64,000 nucleotides of DNA from an uncultured Chloroflexota bacterium. Its GTDB lineage: Bacteria > Chloroflexota > Dehalococcoidia > CAUJGQ01. Both the position numbers and the translations under genes were made by a program. Below the pieces are notes generated by a model that did not search any database, had not been told where the DNA came from, and saw only the letters and a list, made by a program, of their open reading frames with translations. Positions 44,129 through 54,506 of the stretch are shown piece after piece; position 1 is the first letter of the stretch, and every line of letters begins with the position of its first letter. The stretch covers positions 65,249 through 129,248 of the forward strand of contig CALFMN010000021.1 of the NCBI GenBank assembly GCA_937879875.1, read 5' to 3'.

Positions 44129-44575
44129 GAAGCTTCCTCCTCGGCGGTCGTGCCACCGCCGCCATGGCCCGACAGCGGCTGAACAGACCGTGAGGAGGTC
44201 TGCGCCTTCGGCAACCCGGCTGCCTGTGCCGTTCCGCTGGCGTGCCGCCAGGGAAACGACCGAAGGCCCGTGGCTTTGCGTCCCCGCCTTTCGGCGGGTT
44301 TGCCTTTGTCGGACGTTCTGTAAAGCGACCCGGCAGCCGGTGCTACCTGTGGTCCAGGTGCAGTAATCGCGTGGCCGCGGGTGCTGCAAGAGGGTTGCCG
44401 GACAGTGGTGGGCCGGGCGTTACTGAAATGTTACAACCGGCAAACGGACCATCGGCCCGCCGGCAGAGGTCTTCCGCGGACAAACGAATCGGCCCGAAGC
44501 CCGGTGACGGGCTTCGGGCCGGCGCCGTTGCCAGCGTTACGGCGAGAGCAGGTCCGTGGAGAGGGCGCTGGCCTG

Positions 44576-47500
44576 CTACTTGAACTGGATGTCGTCGATA
44601 TAGACGGCTGGCTGCGCCGCGCCCAGCGCATCCTGGAAGACGATGCCCATAATCGTCTGTCCGGTACCGTTTAGATCGGACAGCGGGATGGTGTACTGCG
44701 TCCACGAGCCGGTTGCGGGCTGGCCGCCGTAGTTGGCGAGCGATACCAGCTTAATCATGGTGTTGGTAGGATCCACCAGCGAGACATCGTAGGCCTGGCC
44801 GGACTGTGACGCCTGCGCCCAGAAGCTGAGCGAGGTGTAGCCCGCCAGGTTCAGGTTGTTCCAGGTCCATGGGTAGAGCGCGCCCCATGCTGCCGTAATC
44901 GTCGCCGAGATCGAGTGCGTGCCGCTGTGCACAGGGCTGGTGTTGGCGTAGTTGACGGTCGCGTTCCAGGATGAATCGCCCCAGCCGGTTGCCTCTGCGT
45001 CATCGTACACAACAAACGTCGGGATCGCGGTGGGACTCGGCGTCGGGCTCGGCGTCGGGCTCGGCGTGGGGCTCGGCGTCGGCGTCGGGCTTGGCGTCGG
45101 GCTTGGTGTTGGCGTCGGCGTGGCGGCCGGTGTGTTGTCGAACTTGATGTCGTCCAGGTAGACGGCCGGCTGCGCCTTGCCCAGCGCGTCCTGAATAACG
45201 AAGCCCTGAATCTGCTTGCCCACGCCGTTCAGGTCGGTGAGCGGGATGATGTACTGCTTCCACGAGCCGGTTACGGGCTGGCCGCCGTAACCGGTGAGCG
45301 ACACCGACTTGATCATCGTGTTGGTCGTGTCCACCAGGCTGGCGGCGTAGGCCTCTCCTGAGGCGCTGGCCTGTGCCCAGAACTGCAGGTTGGTGAACGG
45401 CGTCGTGTTGAGCGGCGGGGCGGTGGAGGCATAGAAAGCGCCCCACGCCGCCGTCACCGTCAGCGAGATCGAGTCGGTACCCGTGTGCACGGGGCTGGTG
45501 TTCAGCAAGTTCGTCGAGGCGCTCCACGACGAGTTCGCCCAGCCGGGAGCCAGGTGGTCGTCGTAGACGGTCAGCTTGCCGGGCGTGTTGGGCGTGGGCG
45601 TAGGAGTACTGATCGCCGGGCTGGTCAGGGCGACATCGTCGATGTAGACGTTGGACTGGGTCTTGCCAAGTGCATCCTGCAGGACGATGCCCGTGATCTG
45701 CTGATGGTTCGGGTTCAGGTCAGAGAGCGGTACCGTGTACTGCTTCCAGGCGGTGCTGACCGGCTGGAAGCCGTAGTCAGCCAGCGTAAGCAGCGGCATC
45801 TGGCGGTTGAGCTGGTCGACGAGGCCGATGTCGTACGCCTGGCCGGACTGGCTGGCCTTCAGCCAGAAGCTGAGCGCGGTGTATGGCGACGGGTCGATCG
45901 GCAGGCCGTCGTACAGATAGAGCGCCCCCCAGGCGGCTTTGATGTTCATCGAGATCGACTTCGTGCCGGCGTGCACCGGGCTGGTGTTGGCGAAGTTGAT
46001 CCCCGCGTTCCAGGACTCATTGCCGAAGAGGCCGTTCACGGCGTCGTCAAAGATCGTCAGCGTACCCGGCGTCGGGTTTGGCGTTGGCGTGGGCTTCGCG
46101 TTGCAGTTCGACAGCGGCGTGGCGGCCGTTGCGATGAACGCGTCGAGAATGTTGGTGGTGACCTTCTGCAGCGCTGCGCTGACGGTGTGCGCCTGGTACG
46201 TGTTGCTGTCGAGCTTCCAGGCCCAGTAGATCGTGCCCGCGTTGAAGACGTAGGCGCCGCTGCACGCCGTGTAAATGGTGGAGTTCGACGTGTCGGCGTT
46301 GTTCCACGCGTCTTTGGTGGGCGAGTTGGAGAGCACGGTCAGATTCTGCGGCTGCAGGCCGTTGGGATAGACCTTGTCCCACTCGTAACCGACGACGCCG
46401 GTGACCTTGGAACCGTTGGCTAGGCCGCTGCCGGTGAAGACCCAGTTGCTGGCGTTGCTCACCACCCAGGGGAAGGCGGGGTCGGTTGTGGTGTAAGCAG
46501 GGCTGTACATGCCGCCGAGGAAGGCGTTTTCGGGCTGGCTGACGGGCGACTGGCGCCATTGCACGGTCGTGAGCCCGGGTGTGGCGGCTTCGACCGGATC
46601 CTGTGTCGCATCGCGGTAGCAGACGATCACGCGGTTGGCGACGCCCGCGGCGTTCGCTTCCCAGCGGATCTGCCAGTACATGGAGTTGGCATCGAAGAAA
46701 GCGAGGTGTACGCCGGCATCGCGCGCCGCGATGATGTTGGTGCGCATCTGCTGCGACCAGTACTCGTCGTGCCACGGTGAGATGAAGGCCTTATGGCCCG
46801 AGAGCAGCGAGGGGTTGGTCTGCACGTCGGTGCTGGTGACGTAGGTGATGTTGTAGTTCTTCGACTCGATGAAGCGAATGAAGCCGTAGTCGCCGTCGAA
46901 GAGGTCGCCGGCGCCGGCGTAGTCGGAGTACGGCCGGTCAAAGGAGGCCTTGACTGCCTGTGGGCCGGTCGAGTTGAAGGCGTACAGACTCTTGCCGCCC
47001 CAGTTGTTGTACGCCTGGTAGGTGGCGACCGGCAGCTCGTACACCAGCGGCGCCGTGCTGCTGTCGTCGCGCACCACGAAGATCAGGTAGCCGACATCGC
47101 TGCTTGCCGCGGTCAGCTTGACCAGGTAGACGCCCGTGGTCCAGGCGGTGGTGGTTTGCAGGGTGTAGGAGACCTGCCAGTTGGTGGCGATCAGGCCAGT
47201 CGTCGGGTCCGGCGTGGGCACGGCCTGGTTTTGGCCCGTCAGGTTGGCCACTGAGGTGACGAGGGTAGAGCCGGCCCCCGCGTACCAGCCGATGCGGTAG
47301 ACATCAAGATTGTAGGTCGGCTGGGCCGTGCTGACGTAAAAGGAGACCGCATCGCCGTGGTTGATGCTCGTGGCGGAGGCGTAGCCGCGGATCACCTGGT
47401 CGGTCCAGCAGTCGGTGCCGCAGGTGGAAGCGTCGACCGCGTCGTACTCCGCATCGCTGGCGCTGTCCTTGCCGGGCTTGTGCGGGTTCGCCTTCGGCGC

Positions 47501-47773
47501 CTTGTCGATCTCGTCATCCTGGTCATTCAGGTGACGGCCGCGACCCCTGTCAAGCTCCTTGGAGCCGAAGTTCGTCGTGCCGGGCTTGAGATTCTCGTCG
47601 TGAATCGGGTTGGACTCGTTGTGCGGCTTGAGCTGGGGCGCTGGGCCGGAACCCGGGGTACCGGCGGCTACCTGACTGCTGCCCGAAGCGCCGGCAAAGG
47701 CGATGCCAACGGCGATCAAGCAGAACAGGAGTCCGAGGGCATGAACAGGCCGGAGTCGCGCAAAGATCTTCAC
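44576..47773 (-). CDS. Large secreted multidomain protein: signal peptide, about 500-aa N-terminal domain (possibly DmfA2/N,N-dimethylformamidase-large-subunit-like), then 3 tandem about 165-aa modules separated by Pro/Thr linkers
   Basis: GTG 47773 preceded by GAGGTG. Signal peptide [28 protein letters not shown]-terminal domain carries [13 protein letters not shown]. Modules share ..DD...GW.NSSWNA..N.ANTSPVH.GT.SIS....AAWGALY... Linkers [10 protein letters not shown] / [10 protein letters not shown] / (PTPS)n. Confidence 0.8.
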   Translation of the reverse strand: MKIFARLRPVHALGLLFCLIAVGIAFAGASGSSQVAAGTPGSGPAPQLKPHNESNPIHDENLKPGTTNFGSKELDRGRGRHLNDQDDEIDKAPKANPHKPGKDSASDAEYDAVDASTCGTDCWTDQVIRGYASATSINHGDAVSFYVSTAQPTYNLDVYRIGWYAGAGSTLVTSVANLTGQNQAVPTPDPTTGLIATNWQVSYTLQTTTAWTTGVYLVKLTAASSDVGYLIFVVRDDSSTAPLVYELPVATYQAYNNWGGKSLYAFNSTGPQAVKASFDRPYSDYAGAGDLFDGDYGFIRFIESKNYNITYVTSTDVQTNPSLLSGHKAFISPWHDEYWSQQMRTNIIAARDAGVHLAFFDANSMYWQIRWEANAAGVANRVIVCYRDATQDPVEAATPGLTTVQWRQSPVSQPENAFLGGMYSPAYTTTDPAFPWVVSNASNWVFTGSGLANGSKVTGVVGYEWDKVYPNGLQPQNLTVLSNSPTKDAWNNADTSNSTIYTACSGAYVFNAGTIYWAWKLDSNTYQAHTVSAALQKVTTNILDAFIATAATPLSNCNAKPTPTPNPTPGTLTIFDDAVNGLFGNESWNAGINFANTSPVHAGTKSISMNIKAAWGALYLYDGLPIDPSPYTALSFWLKASQSGQAYDIGLVDQLNRQMPLLTLADYGFQPVSTAWKQYTVPLSDLNPNHQQITGIVLQDALGKTQSNVYIDDVALTSPAISTPTPTPNTPGKLTVYDDHLAPGWANSSWSASTNLLNTSPVHTGTDSISLTVTAAWGAFYASTAPPLNTTPFTNLQFWAQASASGEAYAASLVDTTNTMIKSVSLTGYGGQPVTGSWKQYIIPLTDLNGVGKQIQGFVIQDALGKAQPAVYLDDIKFDNTPAATPTPTPSPTPSPTPTPSPTPSPTPSPTPSPTAIPTFVVYDDAEATGWGDSSWNATVNYANTSPVHSGTHSISATITAAWGALYPWTWNNLNLAGYTSLSFWAQASQSGQAYDVSLVDPTNTMIKLVSLANYGGQPATGSWTQYTIPLSDLNGTGQTIMGIVFQDALGAAQPAVYIDDIQFK

Positions 47774-48397
47774 AGCGGAGCACCTCACACAATACCTACA
47801 AAACGCGGCGAGCTACCAAATTTTGCTCATCTCCCATCTGATGAAGCCCGGGGCCGGGCGCGCGGCGCCTCGCATGGGATGCTTGTTACAGGTTCTTCGA
47901 ACCTTAACCGAATGTCAACCGTGAAGTGTTGCAGGGGGATAACACTCCTGTTGCAGGTTTGGCAGATGTACATATGGTTGCGTCGGTTGCCGCCGAAGCA
48001 CTCCCGCCGGCTCAGTGCGCGAGCGGGAACCTGGCCGCTTACTTCTCGCGGATTCTCTCTTTGCCGGCCGCCACACCGCCGCCGTCCGTGCCACCCGCCA
48101 GCGCCAGCACGGCGATCGTGACACCGGCCAGGAGCGCAAGCACAGAGAGCGGGCGGGGGCGATGCGATCGCTTCATGAGAAGGTACCTCTTGCGGTTCAC
48201 AATAGAAGAACGCTGCCGGTTACAAGATCGCCGCTACAAAAGGGCGTCGATGCGCCGACCCTACATTAGTATTGATAGAGATTCGCAGACTCTTAACCGA
48301 TTGTCAACGATGAGCGTTGCGACCGCGTAACGTTCTTCTTGCATAACGTGCGGCGGCGCCGGACGGCGGCAGGGTCTCGTCAAGCCCGGGCCCGTGG

Positions 48398-48640
48398 AGC
48401 TTGCGAGGCACCTAACCCTGACTTCCCTTGCGGGAAGTCTGTCCCTTCCCGAGGCGGGAAAGGGACTTTTGGAGCGCTCCCGACAACGCCGGACGGCGGC
48501 GGGGTCTGGGTGTCCCTGTGGGACACGCGGCGGGCTGGCCTCCCAGCCCTATGTGCGTCCTCGAACCCCACCCTTCCCGGCTCGGGAAGGGACAGACCTG
48601 GCTTCAGCCAGGTCAGGGTTAGGTGCCGCGCGCGGCGAAC
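48398..48640. repeat. MITE-like interspersed repeat, family 1, full copy B
   Basis: Starts cacctaaccctga and ends tcagggttaggtgcc. The internal sequence aligns with copy A (3597-3836), including hairpins gtcccttcccgaggcgggaaagggac and cccttcccggctcgggaaggg. Confidence 0.8.
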
Positions 48641-48864
48641 GAGATTGCGGGTGCTGGACGTAGCACGGCCTTGCAGCAGAAGCGCTGCCCCGCCTGTCAT
48701 GCACCGGAAGTTGTATGCAGCGATCGTTCTGTTACGCCGATACTGTGCGTTGTGAGACGCCCGCAAGGCGGGACCGCGGCGCACCGCCGTACACTGGGCG
48801 CACGCCGTGCATTTTCGCGGAGCCGGCGCGGTGTTGGACGCCGCCCGGCGCGAGGAGAGAGGCC

Positions 48865-50085
48865 GTGAACTTTCCGCGGCCGCGACTCTGGCGTTCAACC
48901 TTCGCTCACGGCGCTGCCTCGGGCTGGCCGGCAGAGACCGACGTCGGGACGCCCCCCGGCCGTGATCGCCGCTCTGCGGGCACGTCGCTCTCCTACCTCG
49001 TCGCCGCAGCGCTCGGGCTGGCGATCGCCCTGACGGCGATCCGGGTGCTGCCGGGCGCCGTGCACGCGGCGAGGACCGCGTTCCAGCAGTCCTCCCGGGC
49101 CGCGGGCCGAAAGGCGGCGACCGATTCGCTCATCTACACGGTGACGGATGGCGATCACAGCAGGATTTGGCGCCAGAGTGTAGGCGGCAAGCCAGACAGC
49201 GCGACCGTGCAGAACGGTCTGCAGGGCGCCGCGCTGGCCGCAAGCGACGGCTCGGCCATCCTTTACTTGCAGGCCGGCTGCCCAAGCTGTACCGCGCTGT
49301 ACACGCTGCGCGAGAGCGGCAGCGGTCAGACGCGCGTGCTGGGCAGCGCGCCGCTGCGCCCGCTGTTCGAAGGGCTGCGGCCGGACGCGGCCTTCTCGTC
49401 CGATGGCCGTTTCGTGGCCTTCGCCGAAGCCGGGGCCGACGCGCCCACGCCCCACATCTTCGTCTTCGACCGCCGGACCGGCGAACGCCATGCCCTCGCG
49501 CCCTACGATCCGGCGCCGGAAGACAGCCCGGTCTGGTCGCCGGATGGCGGCAGCGTGGCGTTCTTTGCCGGCGGTGCGAAGACCATTGTTACGGCCGCGA
49601 ACGTGCAGACGGGCGAGCTGCGCCCGCTCAACGACCAGCTCGACCATGCCGGCGCGCTGGCCTGGTCGCCGGACGGCCGCTACCTCTCGCTGCTGCGCGG
49701 CGGCCAGGTCTGGCTGATCGACACCAGCGACGGACACGGCTTCGCCCTCGCTGCGCCGGGCGCTGTGCGGGCGATCGGCGGCTGGGCGCCCGGCTCGCGC
49801 GAGTTGATCGCCGCGGTCGCCCCGAATGATGCCGGTCTGCAACCCACGCCGGATGGCCCGAAACTGCTCGCGGTTACCGCGCTGCCGGTGGATGGCAGCG
49901 CGGCGCGCCCGCTCGCCCGCGGGCCGCTCCTGGGCGCGCCGCGCTGGTCGGCGGACGGCCGCTGGGTCGCATGGGCCGAGGGCAGCGACACGGCGTGGAC
50001 GCTGCACATCGCGCCGTCAAACGGCGGCGCACCGCGCGTGCTGAGCAGCGGCACCGGACAGATCTCGCTGGACGATTGGCGTTGA
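48865..50085 (+). CDS. TolB-like WD40/PD40 beta-propeller repeat protein with N-terminal TM anchor
   Basis: GGAGAGAGG RBS 5 nt before GTG 48865. TM LSYLVAAALGLAIALTAI. Repeated ...SPDG..VAF... / WSPDGRYLS / WSADGRWVAW PD40 motifs. Confidence 0.7.
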   Translation: MNFPRPRLWRSTFAHGAASGWPAETDVGTPPGRDRRSAGTSLSYLVAAALGLAIALTAIRVLPGAVHAARTAFQQSSRAAGRKAATDSLIYTVTDGDHSRIWRQSVGGKPDSATVQNGLQGAALAASDGSAILYLQAGCPSCTALYTLRESGSGQTRVLGSAPLRPLFEGLRPDAAFSSDGRFVAFAEAGADAPTPHIFVFDRRTGERHALAPYDPAPEDSPVWSPDGGSVAFFAGGAKTIVTAANVQTGELRPLNDQLDHAGALAWSPDGRYLSLLRGGQVWLIDTSDGHGFALAAPGAVRAIGGWAPGSRELIAAVAPNDAGLQPTPDGPKLLAVTALPVDGSAARPLARGPLLGAPRWSADGRWVAWAEGSDTAWTLHIAPSNGGAPRVLSSGTGQISLDDWR

Positions 50086-50097
50086 TCTGCAGCGCGG

Positions 50098-50736
50098 TCA
50101 GCCGGAATGCGGCCGGTCCGCGACGTCGCGGGCGCGAATGCGGTAGGTGCAGGCGCTGTCGCCGCGCAGCAGGCTGCTGGTGAGGCGGGCGTCGGCGCCG
50201 GTCATGCGCTGCACGAAGCCGACCTCGAGTGCGCAGACGGCGCTGTGGCGGCGGGCGACGTTGGGATACGGGCAGGTGCACTGGCGCAACTGGAACTCGT
50301 CGCCCTGCTGCGCGACCTCGACCACGCAGCCTTGCTCGCGCAGCACGTCGGCGGTGACGGCGACGCGTTCGGCCAGCGCGAGCCCTTCGGTGCGGTCGCT
50401 GTAGCGTTCGGCCAGGCGGCTGGAGACGCGGCGCATCAGTCGTTGCAGCGCATCGGTGCCGGCCATGGCCCGCACCTCTTCCATCAACAGATTGGCAAGC
50501 GTGTCATAGTTGTGTGGATAGAGCGCTTCGCCCTGGGCGCTGAGGCGGTAGACGTGCGCCGGGCGGCCGACGTGGCCGCGCTCCTCGTGCGCTTCGACCA
50601 ACCCGTCGCGTTCGAGCACGGTGAGGTGTTGGCGCACGCCCGTTGCGGTCAGCGAGAGCAGATCGGTGAAATCGCGCACCGTGCAGGCGCCGTGCCGGTG
50701 CAGATGGTCGAGGATTTGCTGCCGCGTCGCCTGCAT
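50098..50736 (-). CDS. SufR-like wHTH transcriptional regulator with C-terminal Cys cluster
   Basis: N-terminus QILDHLHRHGACTVRDFTDLLSLTATGVRQHLTVLERDGLV (DeoR/ArsR-type wHTH). C-terminal cysteines C-x16-CTC-x14-C-x25-C as in Fe-S-sensing SufR. ATG at 50736. Confidence 0.6.
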   Translation of the reverse strand: MQATRQQILDHLHRHGACTVRDFTDLLSLTATGVRQHLTVLERDGLVEAHEERGHVGRPAHVYRLSAQGEALYPHNYDTLANLLMEEVRAMAGTDALQRLMRRVSSRLAERYSDRTEGLALAERVAVTADVLREQGCVVEVAQQGDEFQLRQCTCPYPNVARRHSAVCALEVGFVQRMTGADARLTSSLLRGDSACTYRIRARDVADRPHSG

Positions 50737-50871
50737 CGTTCGGCCCTTCGCATGCAGCGCCAGCGCCGGCGGCCGGCGCCTCCACATACCATGCTAGCAC
50801 AGCGCGCAGGCGCTGAAGCCGGCGCGCGATTGAGCCAGGGCCGCGGCTCTCCCTATACTGCGGCCTGAAGG

Positions 50872-51285
50872 ATGGCCCATATGGCGGATTTGGAGATCGA
50901 CCCGCTCGCCCGCAAAGCGCAGGCCGACCTGATCGTCGAGCGCGCCGCCGCGCAGCTACGCCGCCTGGTCGAAGACCTGGCCGCGCAGTTACGGCCGTTT
51001 CCGCCCTTTCCCGGCGCCTTCTTTACGAACGCGATCGAAGTCGAGCCGGACGCGGCCGGCAGCGCCGAGCGCGGCTGCGTGGTCGTCACCGAGGACGGCA
51101 CGCTGCAGGAACTGGTGATCGGCGTCGAATTCGACAGCCCGGAGGCGCTGATCGACCCCGTGGCGGCGCGCAAGGAAGAGTTGCGGGCGCTGGATCTGCA
51201 CCCGCGCGACTATGTCGTTTACGCCTACAACGCCGTGACGGCGCTCAGCGAGCAGTTGCTCGAACGCGCCGAGCAGAATCTGTGA
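50872..51285 (+). CDS. Hypothetical protein
   Basis: 137-aa acidic soluble protein. Overlaps the next gene start by 4 nt (operon-like). Confidence 0.45.
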   Translation: MAHMADLEIDPLARKAQADLIVERAAAQLRRLVEDLAAQLRPFPPFPGAFFTNAIEVEPDAAGSAERGCVVVTEDGTLQELVIGVEFDSPEALIDPVAARKEELRALDLHPRDYVVYAYNAVTALSEQLLERAEQNL

Positions 51286-52214
51286 GCCGCCGTGATCTCG
51301 CCCTGGCGTTGGCCGCCGCCGCGGCGCAGGGCGTCGCCTTCGCCGTGGTCGCCCGGCTGCTGCAACGCCGTGCGCCGCAAAGCGCCGCGCTTCCCGAACT
51401 GCTGGACGCCCGCATAGGGCGCGTCGAGCAGCGGCTGGAGGCGATCGAGCAACGAGCGACCGCGCCAGCGCCGAAGGTCGCGGAGAGCCTCGTACCGGCG
51501 CGCGAAAGCTTCGCGTCGTTACCGCCTCCCGAGACGCTTGCCGCCGCTGATCCCGGCGGCATAGAAACGCCCTTTCCGCGGCCGCGCGGCGCCGAGTCGT
51601 ATCTCGAAGAGGGCACGGTCTATTTCGCCGTCGGGCAATTCGAGCGGGCCGAAGAGCGGTTCAGCCGCGCCCTGCAAACCGAGCCGCTGCTGGGCAGCGC
51701 CTACTACAACCGCGGCCTCGCGCTGGCTCGCATGGGCCGCATCGGCGAGGCGCTGGCCGACTACGATCGCGCGGCCACGCTGCTGCCCGACGACCCCGAT
51801 GTGTTCAACAACCGCGGCCTGATGCGCTGCGCCCGCGGCGAGTTTGCGGCGGCGCTGGCCGATTTCCGCCGTGCGCTGGCGCTGGCGCCGGAGGATGGGT
51901 TGATTCGCCTCAACCTGGGCCTCACCCTGATCGAAACCGGCGACGCCGGGGCCGCGCTCGTCGAGTTTGAACGGGCGCGGGCGAGCGACGCGGCGGAGTC
52001 CTCCGCCCGCTACGGCGCGGCGATCGCGCTGGCCGCGCTCGGCCGAGTGGGCGGCGCCGCCGGCGAGCTTGCCGCCGCGCTTGTCGCCGATCCGGCGCTG
52101 GCAGAGTCCGCGCGTACGGAGCCGCGCCTGGCGCCCGTGCGCGGCGATGCGCGGGTGCAGACGCTGCTCGACGGTGGGCCGGCGGGCGCTGCCCACGCTC
52201 GGGCACTTGATTAG
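51282..52214 (+). CDS. TPR-repeat protein with N-terminal TM anchor
   Basis: GTG 51282. TM ALALAAAAAQGVAFAVVARLL. At least five TPR-like units (AYYNRGLALARMGRIGEALADYDRAATLLPDDPDVFNNRGL...). Confidence 0.7.
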   Translation: MSRRDLALALAAAAAQGVAFAVVARLLQRRAPQSAALPELLDARIGRVEQRLEAIEQRATAPAPKVAESLVPARESFASLPPPETLAAADPGGIETPFPRPRGAESYLEEGTVYFAVGQFERAEERFSRALQTEPLLGSAYYNRGLALARMGRIGEALADYDRAATLLPDDPDVFNNRGLMRCARGEFAAALADFRRALALAPEDGLIRLNLGLTLIETGDAGAALVEFERARASDAAESSARYGAAIALAALGRVGGAAGELAAALVADPALAESARTEPRLAPVRGDARVQTLLDGGPAGAAHARALD

Positions 52215-52439
52215 CTAACGGTCGTCACGCCTAAGATGTTATGAGAATGTTGCGCCGCGGCGCGGGAGGTGATCCGGGCAGACCGCTCGCGCCGACGCGC
52301 GGGGCGCGCCGACAGAGTGCAGAGCCGCACCCCACGGGCGCAGAACGCCCAGCCCATACGTCGACCGCGGCAACGCGCCGCCCCCTCCGGCGTCCGAAGA
52401 CCGTACTTCAGCGCCGTTCGAGCACGGAGGAACACGGCC

Positions 52440-53618
52440 ATGCAGTTCCGCCTTCCCCAGATCACGAAGCCGCGCCTGCCGTTCGCCGCGTTCACGCTGG
52501 CGGCGCTGGCGGGCCTCACGCTCGCTTGCAGCAGCAGTAACAACAACTCGAACAAGAACAACACCGCCGCCACGAAGGCGCCCGCCGCGGTCACAACGGT
52601 CGCCGCCGGCTCGCCCACCGCCGCAACGGCGAAGAGCGCTACGGCCGCCGCAGCGCCGTCGCCTTCTGAGGTGCTTCCGGTCGGTGTGATCAACGGAAGT
52701 CCGACCGCCGCGGCAACCGGCGCCCTGCCGGCCCTGCCCGCGGGCGGCAACGACGATCCGAAGTCGCTGGTGATGGCGTTCGTGCCATCGCGCGACGTGA
52801 GCGTGATTCAGCTCAGCGCGGATAAGATCGCCGCCTATCTCAGCAAGGAGCTGAACCGGCCGGTCAAATCGGTCACGCTGGCCAGCTATGCCGCCGTCAC
52901 GCAGGCGCTCACCTCGAAGACCGCCGATATCGGCTGGGTCGGGCCGCTTGACTATCTGATCGGCCACGAGCAGAACGGCTCCTATCCCGTGACCTGCTCG
53001 CTGCGGCCGGGCGACACGCCGGGCTCGCTGGTGCCTGGCTACAAGGCGTTCATCATCACGAAGACGGACAGCGGCATTAATACGCTCGCGGACCTGAAGG
53101 GCAAGAGCTTCGCCTTCGGCGATACGACCTCGACCTCAAGCAGCCTCGTGCCGAAGGGCGCCCTGATGAAGGCCGGCGTTAATCCGGACAAGGATCTGAA
53201 GTCGGTCAACATCTCGAACCAGAGCGCGATCGCGGTCGCGGTCTACCAGGGCAAGGCGGACGCCGGCGCGATCTACAACGACGCCCGCACGAACAAGGAA
53301 GTGACCGACCAATACCCCGATATCCTGCAAAAGACGAAGGTGATCTACACCTCCGACCTGATCCCCTGCGACCCGCAGATCGTGCGCAAGGATCTGACGC
53401 AGGCGCTCGCCGGCCAGATCCGCGCGGCGTTGCTCAAGTACTCGGGCGACCCTGAAGGCAAGCAGGTGCTCAACGACCTGTTCAGCATCAGCGCCCTGGG
53501 CGCGACCTCCGACAGCGATTACGATGGTCTGCGCAACACCGTAAAGGCCGTGGCGCCCGATCTGCTGAAGGGCTATCCGAGCCCGACGCCGGCCCCATCC
53601 CCGAAGCCGACGCCATAG
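52440..53618 (+). CDS. phnD: Phosphonate/phosphite ABC transporter substrate-binding lipoprotein (PhnD/PtxB family)
   Basis: GGAGG 10 nt before ATG 52440. Lipobox LTLAC followed by a Ser/Asn/Ala/Thr-rich linker. ...SLVMAFVPS...IGWVGPLDYL... matches the PhnD-type SBP. Confidence 0.8.
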   Translation: MQFRLPQITKPRLPFAAFTLAALAGLTLACSSSNNNSNKNNTAATKAPAAVTTVAAGSPTAATAKSATAAAAPSPSEVLPVGVINGSPTAAATGALPALPAGGNDDPKSLVMAFVPSRDVSVIQLSADKIAAYLSKELNRPVKSVTLASYAAVTQALTSKTADIGWVGPLDYLIGHEQNGSYPVTCSLRPGDTPGSLVPGYKAFIITKTDSGINTLADLKGKSFAFGDTTSTSSSLVPKGALMKAGVNPDKDLKSVNISNQSAIAVAVYQGKADAGAIYNDARTNKEVTDQYPDILQKTKVIYTSDLIPCDPQIVRKDLTQALAGQIRAALLKYSGDPEGKQVLNDLFSISALGATSDSDYDGLRNTVKAVAPDLLKGYPSPTPAPSPKPTP

Positions 53619-53732
53619 GATACGCTGTGCTGGCGGGAGGCGACCCGTGGGATCGCCCCCGCCGCCTATACTTACGGTCCGCTTGGCGCCCATCGTTGCG
53701 CCGGCGTCTCCGTTCCCTGGCGAGGGCGTCCC

Positions 53733-54506
53733 ATGGTCGATGCCGAGCCTTCCCATGACGCCCCGTCCGATCCGCAGATCGTCGCGCGCGGCGTGAGCAA
53801 GCAGTTTCCCAACGGCGCGCAGGCGCTCAGCGATGTCAGCGTCGACGTGCGGCCCGGCGAGTTCCTCGCGGTGATCGGCCCTTCCGGCGCGGGCAAGTCC
53901 ACATTCTTGCGCTGCATCAACGGCCTCGTGCGGCCGAGCGCAGGCACGATCGCCTTCGAAGGCCGGGATATCTGTCGGGCTCGGGGCGGCGACGTGCGCC
54001 GGGCGCGCCGGCAGATGGGCATGATCTTCCAGCAGTTCAACCTGGTGAAGCGCACCTCCGTCTTGCAGAACGTGCTCTGCGGCCGGCTGGGCTATCAGTC
54101 CGGCTGGCGCGCCGTCGTGCCGGTGTTCAAGCAGAGCGATGTCGAGCTGGCGCTGGCGGCGCTGGAGCGCGTCGGCATCGCCGACAAAGCCTACGTCCGC
54201 GCCGACAGTCTCAGCGGCGGCCAGCAGCAGCGCGTTGCCATCGCGCGGGCGCTGGCGCAGCAGCCGCGGCTGATGCTCGCGGACGAGCCGGTGGCCTCGC
54301 TCGATCCCGAAACCTCGATCACCGTGCTGGACGACCTGCGCCGCATCAACCGCGAGCAAGGGATCACCACGATCGTCAACCTGCACCAGCTCGATTTCGC
54401 CCGCGAGTACGCCGACCGCGTGATCGGCTTCAAACAGGGGCGGCTGGTCTTCGACGGCCTGCCCTCTGAACTGGACCGCGACGTCTATGAGCGAGTCTAC
54501 CGATAA
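53733..54506 (+). CDS. phnC: Phosphonate ABC transporter ATP-binding protein
   Basis: Walker A GPSGAGKST. LSGGQQQRVAIARAL signature. Walker B LMLADEP. FLRCINGL is typical of PhnC. Confidence 0.9.
   Translation: MVDAEPSHDAPSDPQIVARGVSKQFPNGAQALSDVSVDVRPGEFLAVIGPSGAGKSTFLRCINGLVRPSAGTIAFEGRDICRARGGDVRRARRQMGMIFQQFNLVKRTSVLQNVLCGRLGYQSGWRAVVPVFKQSDVELALAALERVGIADKAYVRADSLSGGQQQRVAIARALAQQPRLMLADEPVASLDPETSITVLDDLRRINREQGITTIVNLHQLDFAREYADRVIGFKQGRLVFDGLPSELDRDVYERVYR

Noticed and set aside
47789-48397. ORFs 47926..48330 and 48015..48269 in the gap upstream of the giant secreted-protein gene
   Set aside because: Low-complexity sequence with no RBS. The region more likely holds the promoter of 44576..47773 plus the family-1 MITE.
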